Origin: Elsinoe ampelina
Taxonomy: Eukaryota
Direction: 5' to 3'
DNA: 64,000 nt
Assembly (NCBI GenBank): GCA_010093995.1
Contig: ML992503.1
Span: 471,662-535,661, forward strand
Made by a program: the position numbers and the translations under genes
The notes under the pieces: model-generated
Told to the model about the DNA's origin: nothing
Database searches by the model: none
Seen by the model: the letters and a program-made list of their open reading frames with translations, nothing else
Shown here: piece by piece, positions 50,196 through 62,822 of the stretch
Position numbering within the stretch: the first letter of the stretch is position 1
How the letters are laid out: each line of letters begins with the position of its first letter

Positions 50196-51389
50196 GGTTG
50201 AAGGAGCTCACTCGTGGAGGTGGAGGTGATGAAAGTGCCGCAGGCTTTCGAAGGCAGTCACTTTGTTTCGCGCAATAGTCGTGTAATCTCTGGAATGCAC
50301 CGAGCTATATGCGGCTGGGGCGGTATGCGAGGTGAAATGTTTGACCCTCGAACTTCTCCGTGAAAGATTATACAGAAAAGCGATCGAATTAGGTTCAACG
50401 GATACGAACCAAGCCTGGAGATCAGCGCCAGCGATGACGTCCGTAGCGAGACACGAGCGGCGAGAGCGTCGTATATAAGGAGGAAGATGAACGGAAACGA
50501 CAGTTGATGTTGAGGATCAGCCGAAGACGAGAATTGAGAAATCTTCTCTTACATCGGCCCCAAAACACGCCCTTCGCAAAAGGCTGCCCGGTACCTGAAC
50601 GGTGTCGGGATCTGCGTAGGGATTCTCGTGCAATCGGGTCTTTTGCATGTGAGAAAGCGGCCGAAAAGGGCCCAAGCCGCGTTTCAGCTTTCGCGAAGTG
50701 CCTCCCCCGTTTTTGCGGCTGAAAAAGTCCTGTAGCGTCATTGGGCACTTGTGACATTTTTCATTTCAATGCCAATCTCGCACGACGGCACATCATCTCG
50801 CCAAAACACGTGCAGAAACAGCTTGAAAGGCGCATTACGGCTGCAGCTCTAACGCCTCTTTTGAGTCAGCCTCACAGCCACCCATGCTATCCTGCGACAG
50901 TGGGAAGCACCTTCGTCTCCAGCGAACCCCACTTTTTGACGCGGCTTCCATTGTGTGCATTCTTTTATGCACTCCTGTTAGAAGTTTGCTGCAGCCGGAT
51001 CACTTCACCTACGTGTGTGCTCGTGCGTTCAACGGTCCGCCAGCCTTGCTGTGTTGACTTCTATGGGCGGTTTGCCATGATAATCCGATTCTAGGGTGAC
51101 GCTACTGTTGCTGAGCTCAGCTACAATATCGTGCTGGATTTGGATATCCTGCGTACGCTGTGCTGAAGCAACCGTTTTCATGGCCATCTCGCGTCGTCAC
51201 ATATTGCAAGCGATTCGGTATGAGTACTTGAGCTTGCATGGATTGACATCTCAGAATAATCCGTACTTCCCCATCTTCCCTGAAGATTTTCTTTACTGGA
51301 ACATGTGATCAATCTCATCGAAGGTTCGTCTACTCTACGTCCCTTCAATCAGGTAGCTGTGAGGTTTCACCTACCTCCCTCCAAAGCGC

Positions 51390-53432
51390 TTATGAGCTAG
51401 AGCGAACGTTGTCTTGCGAAACAAAGTCTTGTAGCAGCGCCCAGGTCTTCTCACCTGACTGATAGTGCGGATCCTGTTCGCTCGTCTGCATCTTGCCATG
51501 GTCATTGTGAAGACCTGGCGGGATCCCCCGCTCGATCAACCACTGAAGAAGCTTGTGCATCCTCTGCTGCATCACGTCTGTCTGCTCTTTGCTATTTCTT
51601 CCAGAAAGACGTACTGATAGTGTAGAGTCTGTCACCAGGAGGTAAGCAGCATTTGTCAATCGCAAGAGGCTCAGGGTGTCGAAGACTTTGTAGGGAAAAT
51701 CACTGCCAGCTTCATCCACGTAGTCGTTCATACTTCTCGACGGGAACGCTGTGTCCAAAGATTCCTGGAGAGACTGGACTGGACTAGAGAGCCTCTTGAG
51801 CGCAGTCACGATGCGACTTGCAGACGCCGATCTTATGGCGACTTCGAGATAAATCTGCCAGAGCACCACCGCTGCGAATGGATGCAACGGCAACTCCTCC
51901 ATGAATGAGACCAGTTCGTCAACATCCGACATGATCTGTGCGACTCTTTCGTCCCTTAAGCTTGGGTACATTGACCCATCTTCGGTGTCCAACCTCGTGT
52001 TGTCATGCTTTGAAGATCCAATTCGTCGCATGGAAACGACCGACCTCATCGACATTTTACATCCGATGAGGCCCATCATCACGATGCCTCGGATTGGACC
52101 GATTTGCTCTTCCAAATTGTGATGGTACAGCCGGAGAGTGTCCTTGGCGACCTTCAAGGCTTCTTTTAGTTGTCCCTCCCTAATTAGTGCCACTGCGTAT
52201 CGTTCGCTCGACTTCGGATCCGGTTTGATCCGGAGATGATCAGTAAAGATGCTCCAATAGGACGAAGTGTCTCGTATGCTGCTATCTGAAAAGGCTGCGC
52301 ATGAGTTGCTGGCCCTTACGAGTACTGACAGCATGCCCGGTACTGGACGACTGTAGAGATTCGAAGTACTTCTTTCCGTTACAGGTTGTTGCATGTTTCT
52401 ATTGAGCTGGTCCGCATTGCCACACGGAGACCCCAAGGGCGTCTTGATCGGGACCGCCGGGTCAACAGTGATACCTGTAGTCTCCTCGACCACGTGTAGG
52501 ATTTCCAAGCCTGTCGCAGGCGACTCATCAAGTGCCAATACATTCAGATATGCATAGACAACGTCTGCCGGGATTGCTGTCCTACCATCTAGATCACCGG
52601 AGATTCGCCGCTTTTGCAGATCTTGCCATGTCTGCCGTGCACGGACAAGACGACGCCGCAACTGATGATTATGTTCAGGACTATACTGGTTCGGCATGAA
52701 GCGCACACCTTTGCGACTTAATGTGAAGATGGCACGATAGAGGTCATAATCGGGTGCACCAGGCCCATTGCGGGGTATCGCGTCGAAGATTTCTTCCTGA
52801 ACTTCGAAGTTCCTACCCAGGCAACATATGTCTAGGACAGCGCTGATGTGAAAGGTGTGCAGAGGTACAGGCGCATCGGATCTCAGCAGAGAACGGTAAA
52901 TTGTAAGTGCCTTGCCGAGTTGGTCGTTGGTGACTGGTTTCACCGCAAGCCCCTTCAAGATCGCTGTATACTTTGTAGATCCTGGTCTGGGAATCTGATT
53001 GAATATGCGTATCGCGTCATCAAATCTGCGTTGCTGGCAGACGTGCTTTATCAGCAGATTCCAACCACCATTGTCTGGAAACCTCGACTTTGCCGCCTCC
53101 AGGACTGCGATCGCTTCCCTTTCGTCGTTGCGGTCCAGCGAAGCTTGAACAGCTTCGTGGACCTGTCTGTGGCTTTTGATGTCGGCATAGTTCTGCCTGC
53201 CAGCTGCGCGCCTCGCTGTGGTGGGTTGTAGAGGTCGATCTGATGTACTCTGTCGTGTGTGTGAGGTCTGTTGGTTTTCTTTGAGAGAAACGCGCCTAAA
53301 GCTGAGGCTTCTACTTCTGCTACCAAGCAACAACTTCTCTGGGATGGGAAGTCGAGGTCGACCAGTGATTCTGATAACACACGCTGCATAAGAAATATGT
53401 GCACCGATGTCAGAAAGATGTCGGAGAACCAT
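51390..53432 (-). CDS. Pentatricopeptide-repeat-like protein, probably mitochondrial
   Basis: 680-aa ORF with WNLLIK..FDDAIRIFNQI, KYTAILKGL and HISAVLDIC helical repeats; basic N-terminus. Confidence 0.7.
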   Translation of the reverse strand: MVLRHLSDIGAHISYAACVIRITGRPRLPIPEKLLLGSRSRSLSFRRVSLKENQQTSHTRQSTSDRPLQPTTARRAAGRQNYADIKSHRQVHEAVQASLDRNDEREAIAVLEAAKSRFPDNGGWNLLIKHVCQQRRFDDAIRIFNQIPRPGSTKYTAILKGLAVKPVTNDQLGKALTIYRSLLRSDAPVPLHTFHISAVLDICCLGRNFEVQEEIFDAIPRNGPGAPDYDLYRAIFTLSRKGVRFMPNQYSPEHNHQLRRRLVRARQTWQDLQKRRISGDLDGRTAIPADVVYAYLNVLALDESPATGLEILHVVEETTGITVDPAVPIKTPLGSPCGNADQLNRNMQQPVTERSTSNLYSRPVPGMLSVLVRASNSCAAFSDSSIRDTSSYWSIFTDHLRIKPDPKSSERYAVALIREGQLKEALKVAKDTLRLYHHNLEEQIGPIRGIVMMGLIGCKMSMRSVVSMRRIGSSKHDNTRLDTEDGSMYPSLRDERVAQIMSDVDELVSFMEELPLHPFAAVVLWQIYLEVAIRSASASRIVTALKRLSSPVQSLQESLDTAFPSRSMNDYVDEAGSDFPYKVFDTLSLLRLTNAAYLLVTDSTLSVRLSGRNSKEQTDVMQQRMHKLLQWLIERGIPPGLHNDHGKMQTSEQDPHYQSGEKTWALLQDFVSQDNVRSSS

Positions 53433-53627
53433 GACACTTCCAAGCTACCGTTGGATGAAGGGACCTGTTTGGAGGGGGGCATCGGAGGTTTGGTCAAGGT
53501 TCATGCTGCGCTAGCTACTTTCGGACCGTTGCTGTAGATACAGCTTGATGACGCTATGGGAGGTCGCCAAAAAATCAGGAGATGCAACGCATGTTGAGAA
53601 AGCGCTCGCGGTTGAATCCTATACAGC

Positions 53628-55916
53628 ATGGCAGACCATACTCAAAAACCCAGTGCGGCGATATTCGACGTGTATCTACGACTGCGACCTTCGTTTGCCC
53701 CCAATGCCGAGCGCTTCCTGGATGTGGAGAGCAGCCAGAATGATGAACCAACGCACATTACCATAAAGCCGCCAGCGAATGACCATCGGAAGCGGGCGAT
53801 TGAGAAGTTTGGCTTCACCCGAGTCTTCCAAGAAGATGCTGCACAGCTGGATCTGTTCAGGGAGACAGGGCTGCCGGAGATGATCGAGGGGGTGATTGGG
53901 AAGGAGAGAGGACCGGGAAGAGATGGACTGCTGGCGACATTAGGGGTAACAGGATCCGGCAAGGTAGGATAACGAAGATGATATCACGAGGTAGAGCTGA
54001 CGCATGTCAGAGTCATACGATCCTGGGCTCGAAGTCGCAGAGAGGTCTCACACAAATGTCCCTGGATGTGCTCTTCCAAAGCCTCGGGTCACAGATTGCA
54101 GACACATCAGAGCACGACGAGGTCCTCCAATCGATATGCATATCGGATGTATCAGAAGCACAACTCATGTTAGCGAGCACATTCTTAGAGCTGACGTATG
54201 GAGACGGCCTGGCATCTACGAGAGCATCAAGAGCAATGTCAAGAGGGGCAACACCCATGATGGTAGGCGCTTTTCCGATATCTACTACTACTTCAAATGC
54301 CAGAAATACGCAAACGAGAAAAGATGCGGCCATGGAGGCAAAATGGCGAGAGCATACAAAGGCAGGGAATGGCTTATACCCAAGTCTATACCATGATCTG
54401 AACCATGCAAGCCAGCAATCTGAAGAGCCGGGATCTCCAGCAAAATCCCCATACTTCCCTTTCTCACTCTTTACAAGAACAATAACTAAGACTTTACGCA
54501 AGGATGCCTCATTCATCTCCATTCCAGGGGCCAGCTCACGACGCCATCTTCCGAGAGTCTCGGCCCTTCCACAATACCCCAACGTGGAAGACGTACAGGT
54601 CGACTATGACTCCAGCTCACAGTATGCAATCGTAATCAGCATGTATGAGGTTTACAACGACCGCATCTTCGATCTCCTCACTGGCAGCGTATCTGGCAAA
54701 GCAGCCATTCAAAAACGACGCGGCCTTTTGTTCAAGTCCACAGAGCATTCTCCCGATCGCAAAGTCGTAGCCGGCCTACGTAAAGTCATCTGCTCGTCTC
54801 TTGAGGAGGCTCTTCTGGTCCTCGAGACTGGTCTCACAGAACGCCGTGTAGCTGGCACAGGGAGCAACGCTGCCTCATCACGGAGCCACGGCTTCTTCTG
54901 CGTCGAAGTCAAGAAGCGTCCCGAACGCTCTTCATCAAGTTGGAAATCTAACACTCTCACCATTGTAGACCTTGCAGGTACGTCTACTCGCGTTCTGGTT
55001 TACTTTTCATGACTGACCATGCTCAGGCTCCGAACGTGCCCGCACGGCGAAGACCACAGGCTCTACCCTCGCCGAGGCCGGCAAGATCAACGAATCCCTC
55101 ATGTACCTAGGACAATGCATGCAACTCCAATCCGACAACTCCGACCTCTCCAAGCCCCTCTCCATCGTCCCTTTCAGACAATGCAAACTCACCGAACTCC
55201 TCTTCTCCAATTCATTCCCGACCAACACATCTCGCACAATCCACCGCGCCCCCCAAAAGAGCATCATGGTCGTCACCGCCGACCCCCACGGCGACTTCAA
55301 CGCCACCAGCCAAATCCTCCGCTACTCGGCCCTCGCACGCGAAGTCACCGTCCCCCGCATCCCCAGCGTAACAAGCGTCATCACCGCCCCGTCAGGCTCC
55401 TGGAAACCCTCCGGCCGCTCCAGCCCCAGCCAAATCCAAGAAGACCTCGACGCTGCCATGGCAGAAATCACCCGTCTCCGCACCGAGCTCGAGATCTCCC
55501 AGGTCCACGCCGAAGAAGAATCTTCCCGCCGGCGCGAAGCAGAACGCAACTGGGCACTAGCCGACGAACGATGCGGCGCCATCGAAGCCGAAGTCCGCGA
55601 GGAAATGTGGGGCGAATTCGAAGAGAAGCTTTCCGAGGAGATGTCACGATGGCGAGCGGCGCGGGAAGAGGACGAGGCGAGAGGGCAAGAAGTGCAGGAT
55701 CGGAAGATGGAGATCTTGCAGCGGGGACTGGAGGTGCAGGTTTTCGAGGACGAGGACGATAGGGTTGCGGAACTGGAGGAGGAGAATGATCGACTACGGG
55801 CACGGTTGGAGGGGATGGAGAGGGAGAAGGGGCTCAGGACGCCGAGTCGGAAGGTTAGGGTCTTGAAACAGAGGAAGTGGGAGGGGAGTGGGGTTGGGTT
55901 TGAGGGGAGCCCGTGA
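53628..55916 (+). CDS. Kinesin motor protein (kinesin-6-like); exons 53628-53963, 54011-54977 (possible internal intron 54263-54502), 55027-55916
   Basis: VYLRLRP, P-loop GVTGSGKSHT, YEVYNDRIFDLL, NAASSRSH, DLAGSER, INESL, VPFRQCKLTELL and a coiled-coil tail. Confidence 0.9.
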
Positions 55917-56000
55917 GATAAGGGAGAGGGGGAACGATGTGGTCGAAGAGGGAAGGGGGGTTAATGCTAATGATGGGATGTACATATTTTCCTAAGGTTT

Positions 56001-57047
56001 CTACCAGCCTTCGATTTGGAATCGGAAGGTTTTGATGTCTGCTTGGCTTTCAGATGAGGCTGTGGTGTGTCTGTATAGTGTCTTTTCGGTGAAGGTCACG
56101 TTGCCGTCGTGGTCCACGAGGATGACAGTCTGCACTTGGGTTGCGTAGGTGTTCGTGTCCTGAGGCGGAGGATCACCGGCGATTTTCTCTGTGGATTGTG
56201 CTGCACGGACTTGGTCACTGGTGAGGCTCTCGACTTCGCCACCTATCCGGGGGATGAAGATGGAGTTGCGAAGTTGGAGGATGTAGGCGTCCCATGATTC
56301 GCCTGACTTTCGCTTTGGTAGAGTGTCGACGCTGAGGATATCGAAGAGGCGGTCTCTTAGCTCGTCTTCGGTCGAATTGGCTCGATTCGAGTGCTCCTGG
56401 ACAGCTTCTGCGAGTAGCCTCTCGCCATTCGTGACTTTCGGCCAAGTGGCATCCCCAAAGTATGAGTTACTGAGGCCATGGATCTCGTTGGGTTCTCGTG
56501 CGATCCACGTGACTCCATTCACATCAGGGGTTCTGTTTGAGATGATGGCAAGGCCCTCTCTCCTGCCATTCGAGTCTGGTCGTCTCAGCTTTCCAAACAG
56601 TAATGAGAAACCGCCGACATCGTTGACACCATCTTCCTCGACGATCCTTCGAGCCGAATCTATTGTCGCCTCATGGCTGTTGGAAGGAATGGTCAGGAAC
56701 GAGTTGACTATGCCGCCACGAGACTTGAGCCCAGATACAGGTTGTCCTTCACGTTCCCGGAAATTGGTCAAGCAGCCTATGCGACCTTGTTTGGTGATCC
56801 CGAGCCATGTGCCTTGAATGTCTCGTTGTAGGTCTCGTCCACCTAGGACGTGACCGTGTGGAGCCTTCCACCAGTCTGCTTGGGCAGTGGGCCGTGCTAC
56901 GAATTCCTGAATAGGTCAGAGGGGAAAACTCAAGCAGTACACAAGTCTTGAGAAGGAAAGTCCAGCCGCGGAGCAACCTACATCTCGATTGGAGGCGAGT
57001 ATAAAGCTGTACTGGGGACGGGACGTGGTCAACAGAGCTATGCACAT
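56001..57047 (-). CDS. TANGO2/NRDE (DUF833) family protein; exons 57047-56982, 56906-56001
   Basis: MCIALL..ASNRD|EFVARPT, GTWLGIT, LTNFRE, SRG, HGLSNS and WPKV. Confidence 0.9.
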
Positions 57048-57893
57048 CGGACGAGATTCGGCGGTCTGGAACGCCTTCAAATCAGTGGTGGATGTCCAAC
57101 AAGCAAATCAAGCACTTGTCGAGGTAGATCGCGCAATTACTGGGCCACGCTATCGAGTTCGAACGGCATGCAAGGTGGGATGATTCACCGTCAGAGGTCA
57201 GCATGACACTGGCCTTGGCGACCCGGTCTTGTGATGTCCCGGAAGCCGAAAGCACACATGAAGTCTTCATCTCTTCCTCGACATTCGACATGCAAGGAAA
57301 TGCGTTTGGGCCGCCTACCAGGTAAGTAGACTTGAAGACATGACTCTCAAAAGGCTCTGATATTGAGGTTCGAGAGCCTCATCTCGCTTGCCCATCTCAA
57401 TTCTCGTCCTCAAACGATCTTCACCTTCCCTGCTCATCAAGGATAAAACCCCGCCGGAAGCAAAACCCCCATTCGGCAGCAGGCTAAATGACCCAGAGCC
57501 TCAAAGGGTCTAAAAGACGGGCCCCAAGCCACCCTTGTGTCCCCCTTCTACGCCCCAAGCGCCCCCCAAGTCACGGGCGGCATGCTTCTCTCTGCCACGA
57601 GACCTTGTTTCCCCGCAAACCTGTGTTCGGCCCTGACGCCCTGCGCCTCTTGTCATTGGTGGAATAGTATGCTCTATGAAGGTTTTCGAGACCAACAACC
57701 TCCCGTGTCGGACTAGGACAAACCGACTTGCAGGTATAGTGATGTGCGAAGATCAATTTGCGGGCAGCCATGCAGGGAAGCTCGGCAGCGTCTCTTGTCT
57801 TTTATAGACTCGCGTGGATCCTGGTTGATGAGATGGAGTGATCGTCTTCTTGACTTTTGTATCACCTAGTTGTCAGGAGCCCGACTATCAAGC

Positions 57894-59597
57894 ATGGGAA
57901 AGGTATGTTGGCGGTCATGGAGGTGATGATGAGCTTGTCTGACACCGACATAGGTCTACAACTTCTGGCTGGCATGTTTTGCTGGCACGGGGTAGGTTAC
58001 ACAAGCTCTGAATGCAAGCAATGTCTGACTATCCATAGGTCGTTCCTCTTCGGATATGACTCTGGTGTCATGACCAATGTTATCGCTTCGCCAAACTTCT
58101 TGAACTACTTCAACACCACCAACACCTCGCCTATCATCGGTGCCATCAATGCCACTTTCTCAGGAGGCGCCGTCTTCGGCTCTCTCATGGGAGGCTTCAC
58201 CATGGATCGACTCGGACGTAACAAGACCATCCAGATTGGCGCCGTCATCGCAGCTGTCGGAGGTATCCTGCAAGCTGCCACCTACCACCTGTCTATGATG
58301 CTTCTCGGTCGTATCCTTTCCGGCTGGGCTGTCGGGCTCATGAGCATGTCTGTTCCTGTCTACCAGGCCGAGTGCGCACCTCCCAAGATCCGTGGTCTCA
58401 TCGTTGGTCTCACTCAGCAAATGATCGGTGTTGGCTTCATCGTCTCTACATGGATTGGCTATGGTTGTCACTTTGCGCCGGACGACAGCTCTCTTCAATG
58501 GCGATTCCCCCTTGCCTTTCAGGTACTGCCTTCTGTGATCCTCGTGGCCGGTCTTACCATCTTGCCCGAATCACCCAGATGGCTCATTGAGAAGGACCGC
58601 GATGAGGAGGCCAGGCGGGTTCTGCAAAAGCTGCACTTTGACGGAAACAATCAAGATTGGATCGACAAAGAGTACACCGAGATCAGGGCCACCATTTCTG
58701 CTGAGCAGGCTATGACTGCACAGAGCTGGTCTATCATGTTCAAGGTCCCGACCTGGAGGAAGCGTCTCATGCTCGGTACTCTTGTTCAGGTCTTCACTCA
58801 ACTGACCGGCATCAGTAAGTGATCCTGACCGCCATTTGTTCCAGAATTGCTTACCATATCTCTAGACGTCATCGGCTACTACCAAACCGTCCTCTACGAG
58901 TCCCTGGGAATCACAGGCAACCGCGCTGTGCTCGTGGCCGGAATATACAACATCGTCGGCCCCGTCACCAATCTGATCTTCATCTTCTTCATCCTCGATC
59001 GCGTTGGACGTAGACGACCTCTCCTCTTCGGCGCAGCAGGTATTACTATCTCCCTCATTTGCGAAGCCGTCATCAATCAGCAAAACCCTGGGGGAGCCCG
59101 CGAGAACGTCTCCATCGCCGGCGTTGCCTTCCTGTTCCTAGTCTCCATCATCTTCTCCCTGTCTTTTGGCCCCATCTCCTGGGTCTTCATGTCCGAGATC
59201 ATGCCCATGCAGATCCGCGGACGCGGTAACGCCTTCGCGACCGGTAAGCCTCCGTTCCTCCGTCTCCTCCTGTCTCATGATACTGACGCTAGTAGGTATC
59301 GGTAACTGGCTCGTCTCCACCATCTTCTCCCAAGCCTCCCCGATCGCGTACGGCGACATCAGCTGGCGATACTATTTTGTCTTCATCGCCTTTAATGTTG
59401 TTGTTACCATCCCGACCATCTACTTTATCTTCCCCGAGACCAACAGGCTTAGTCTCGAGGAGATTGATTTGTTGTTTGGCGAGCGTGCACTTGGGGCGTT
59501 GCCGAACGAGATCACTGAGAAAAATTTGGATGAGGTTAGGAGGAGTGGGTCTATTGGGGAGAAGCAGGTGGGGACTTCCACTGTTGAGAGGGCGTAG
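57894..59597 (+). CDS. MFS sugar porter; exons 57894-57902, 57954-57991, 58039-58814, 58866-59243, 59296-59597
   Basis: FGYDSG, DRLGR, PVYQAE, PESPRWL, QLTGINVIGYY, DRVGRR and PET motifs; four frame-preserving introns. Confidence 0.92.
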
Positions 59598-59867
59598 AGG
59601 GGTGGGACAATGAGAGAGGGAAGAGACTGTATAGACGAGTAGGGATAGGGCCAATGTTGAAACTCATGTTACCAGAATTCACCTTGAGTTGCACTTGAAC
59701 CATTCCAATGGTCGAAATGATGCTTCTCCCATGACGCTTGATGACAAGATCCGGGTGCCCCTCTCGGAACATCAAAGTAGCGTATACATTCAGCTTTTTC
59801 CATACTCCATGCGATGCACCAATCGTTACCCGTCCCGATACCCTCGAATCCTCTCGTCTTCGGAACG

Positions 59868-60589
59868 CTACATATTCTCCCTGAACGCACTCCTCCTATC
59901 CCTCCCATCCGTACTCCTCTCCCTCTCCACCACCGGCCTCGGACTCACTCCCCTCAAATCACTCCTCTCCGCGCCATCCCCAAACGGATCCGTATCCCCT
60001 CCCCTCCCCATCTCCGCATCATACCTCTCATCCAGCTCCCTCTGTCGAGACCGACTCCTCCCCCTCTCAGCCCCAATCCCGCTTCCCACGCCCTCATAAC
60101 CAGCCCCCTCATACTGCCCGGGCCCTCTCAGCCCCAACTCCTGGCTCTCGTAGTAAGGCCCCCCACCCCGTCCAGCTTCCACGTAATCCGCTTCGTTACC
60201 AACTCGACTGTCCCACGCCTCATCCGGATCCAATGGGTCGAAACCCCTCCGTTGCGACCTGTTATAGCTCGTGCTTTCGTACGCGCCGGCCGACGTGCGC
60301 GGGTTACTGAGCGATGCGAACTTGGCTTTGAGCCAGCCTATTGGACCGCCGGTGGCAGGGGAAGGCGGGACGTACGCGGTCGAAGGGGTGGTGCGGGATT
60401 TGGCGAAGGGGTTGAGCGGGGGAGGAGGGAGGCCGAGGCGGCGGGCGCGGAGGTTGCGGTAGCTGTGGGCAGGAGGTCAGGAGGATGAGGGAGGAGCAGG
60501 ATGGGAATGGGGGTTTACATTGTCCAGCCTCCGAAGCCGAAGATGGCGAGGAGGACGAGGATGATGGCGAAGACGCCCCAGCCGTTCAT
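59868..60589 (-). CDS. Small single-pass membrane protein; exons 60589-60519, 60462-59868
   Basis: MNGWGVFAIILVLLAIFGFGGW splices to IYRNLRARRLGLPPP, followed by LDPDEAWDSRV and RELDERYD..DPFGD. Confidence 0.75.
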
Positions 60590-60935
60590 GGTTGTGGGAG
60601 GATGGGGGTCATGCGGCGGGAGATTTGTTGCGAGGAGATTGAATAGCTGGAGATGTGAGAGTTTGTGGCAATTGGCAATGGGCGATGCGCGAGGGGATCG
60701 CGACGGTATGGGTTGAGGAGAAAAACGTCTGGCGCAGCTCTCCCTCAGCTTGCGCAGTCCGGCGGATGACGTTGAATGTCCAAGGCAAGCCGTGCCGAGA
60801 CCTGCCCGAGCTGAGGTGAAGCCCATTTTAATGGCGGCTGCCTTGTCCTTTCTTGTTTCTTAGCATAATTCACCTTTTATCGACTTGGGCTTTCTGACAC
60901 GTGGTAGTCATTGACGTTGCTGCAATAAGACTCAC

Positions 60936-62425
60936 ATGGTAGACGTGAGCCGCGGCGCCGCAGATGGCGTCGAAGGGACGTGGATGTGGAAGGACGGTGA
61001 AGCTGGTGAGATGCGATTGACATTTCTGAACGATGCAAAAGGTTGGTCAGATCAATATCTTTAGATCTTCATACTGCATCTCCTATCTATCACGCCGTCG
61101 TTCAGTTTGGGTTTTTGCTCATATGTCCCTCCTCAGGCGCATCCGAGCTAGGGCTTGAGCTGGACCCAAAGTCGATCGTTGCGGTCGTCAAAGACGAAGT
61201 AGACCCGACAGCCTACACTGTAATCGTCGTCGAGCAAGAAGATACGGTAGAAGGAAAGCCGCCACCAATTCCATCGATACGAAGCATCCCAGCAAAGGGT
61301 CTGCCTCCCGACTTTGTCACCAAATATGGAATCGACAAGTCCAAAGCCGACCTCTTCAACCCAGAGCATCGCATCACAGTCATCATCTCAACAAAATCAG
61401 GCACAAAACAAGCTGCAAGCTTCAATGAGCAGACCATCAAACCCCTCTTCGGCATCCTCGGTCTCCTTCCTCGCACGACCTTCTACACAACGACTTCCAC
61501 AACGTCCATCACAGAATACACCCACTCGACGATTCTTTCCCTCGCCTCCTCCAACATCAAGCAACACATCCTCCTCCTCTCCGGCGACGGCGGCACCATC
61601 GACCTTCTCAACGCCCTCCTCTCCTCTCCTCTCCCCACCACCTTCACCCCACCCCTCATCTACCCCCTCCCCTTCGGCACTGGCAACGCCCTCTCCAACT
61701 CCTACCTCTACACCACCGACTCAACCTGGGGCCTCTCCACCCTCCTCCGCGGCACCCCTCGCCCCCTCCCCTCTTTCCGCGCCACGTTCTCCCCCTCCGC
61801 CCGCCTCGTGACCAACGAAGGCCGGGACCACCTTCCCCTCCCCTCCATCGCCAACACCCCCACCCTCTTCGGCGCCGTAGTCTGCTCCCGGGGTCTCCAC
61901 TCCACTCTCGTCGCCGACTCGGACACAGCGCACTACCGCCAATTCGGCGCCGCTCGCTTCGGCATGGTCGCGAAAGAACTCCTCTTCCCCCCTGAAGGAT
62001 CGCATCACGTCTACAAAGGCACCGTGAAGATCAAAGACCCTTACACCGGGGAATGGGAGTCCGCCGGCGACGGAGAGCACAGCTACATCCTCGCTACGAT
62101 GGTGAGTAATCTCGAAAAAACCTTCGTCATCTCCCCGGACTCGAAGACGTTGGACGGGATGATGCGGCTTGTGCGCATGGGGAAGATGGACGGGACGGAG
62201 TTGATGGGTGTTATGGAGGGGGCGTATCAGGAGGGGAAGCATGTGGGGATGCAGGGGGTGCATTATCGCGAGGTGGACGGTGTGAGGATTGAGGTGGTGG
62301 AGCCGGAGGAGAGGTGGAGGAGGGTTTGTGTGGATGGGACGATTGTGGCGTTGGAGCAAGGGGGGTGGGTGCAGGTTGAGAAGGAGGGGAGGGGGGTCGT
62401 GGAGGTGGGGTGTCTGAGGCGGTAG
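60936..62425 (+). CDS. Diacylglycerol/sphingosine kinase catalytic-domain protein; exons 60936-61041, 61137-62425
   Basis: STKSG, LSGDGG, PFGTGNAL and VCVDG motifs. A phase-1 intron joins the upstream ATG frame to the main ORF. Confidence 0.85.
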
Positions 62426-62822
62426 AGTATGAGGGGTGAGGTGGTTGGGGTTTGAGGTCGGGATGGATTGCAGGCTCTCTGCTTCTTGAGTGCATGTTTG
62501 GGGTTTGGGGTTCGGACAGATAGTTCATGGTAGATGGGAGCTGAGGAAGATGGGTTGGGGGTCATATACAGTTTCCATTTATGAGGGCGTCATTTCTATC
62601 GTTAGGCCCGCTCGTTGGCCATTTCTAATTGCTAATATGCCTGTTGTTGATATCCGAGCATGCGGTAGCTAAGAATGCTTCAAACGTCATGCTCTGGTAG
62701 TAAAAATTTGAGATGCCTCCAAGTAGTCGTAGGCTATCGGGCTCGGAATGCCAGTTCGCTATGCCTGATCGAAGACCATGAAAACGGAAGGAGAGGAACT
62801 GTATGTCATCGCCGTTTGTGGA

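Noticed and set aside
45752..57047. Heme-trafficking cluster (SFH5 and TANGO2)
   Set aside because: About 9 kb apart with unrelated genes between; nothing in the sequence supports co-regulation.
57360..57385. Hairpin tgaggttcgagagcctca resembling a tRNA T-arm
   Set aside because: Loop geometry is wrong, and no acceptor, D or anticodon stems could be built.
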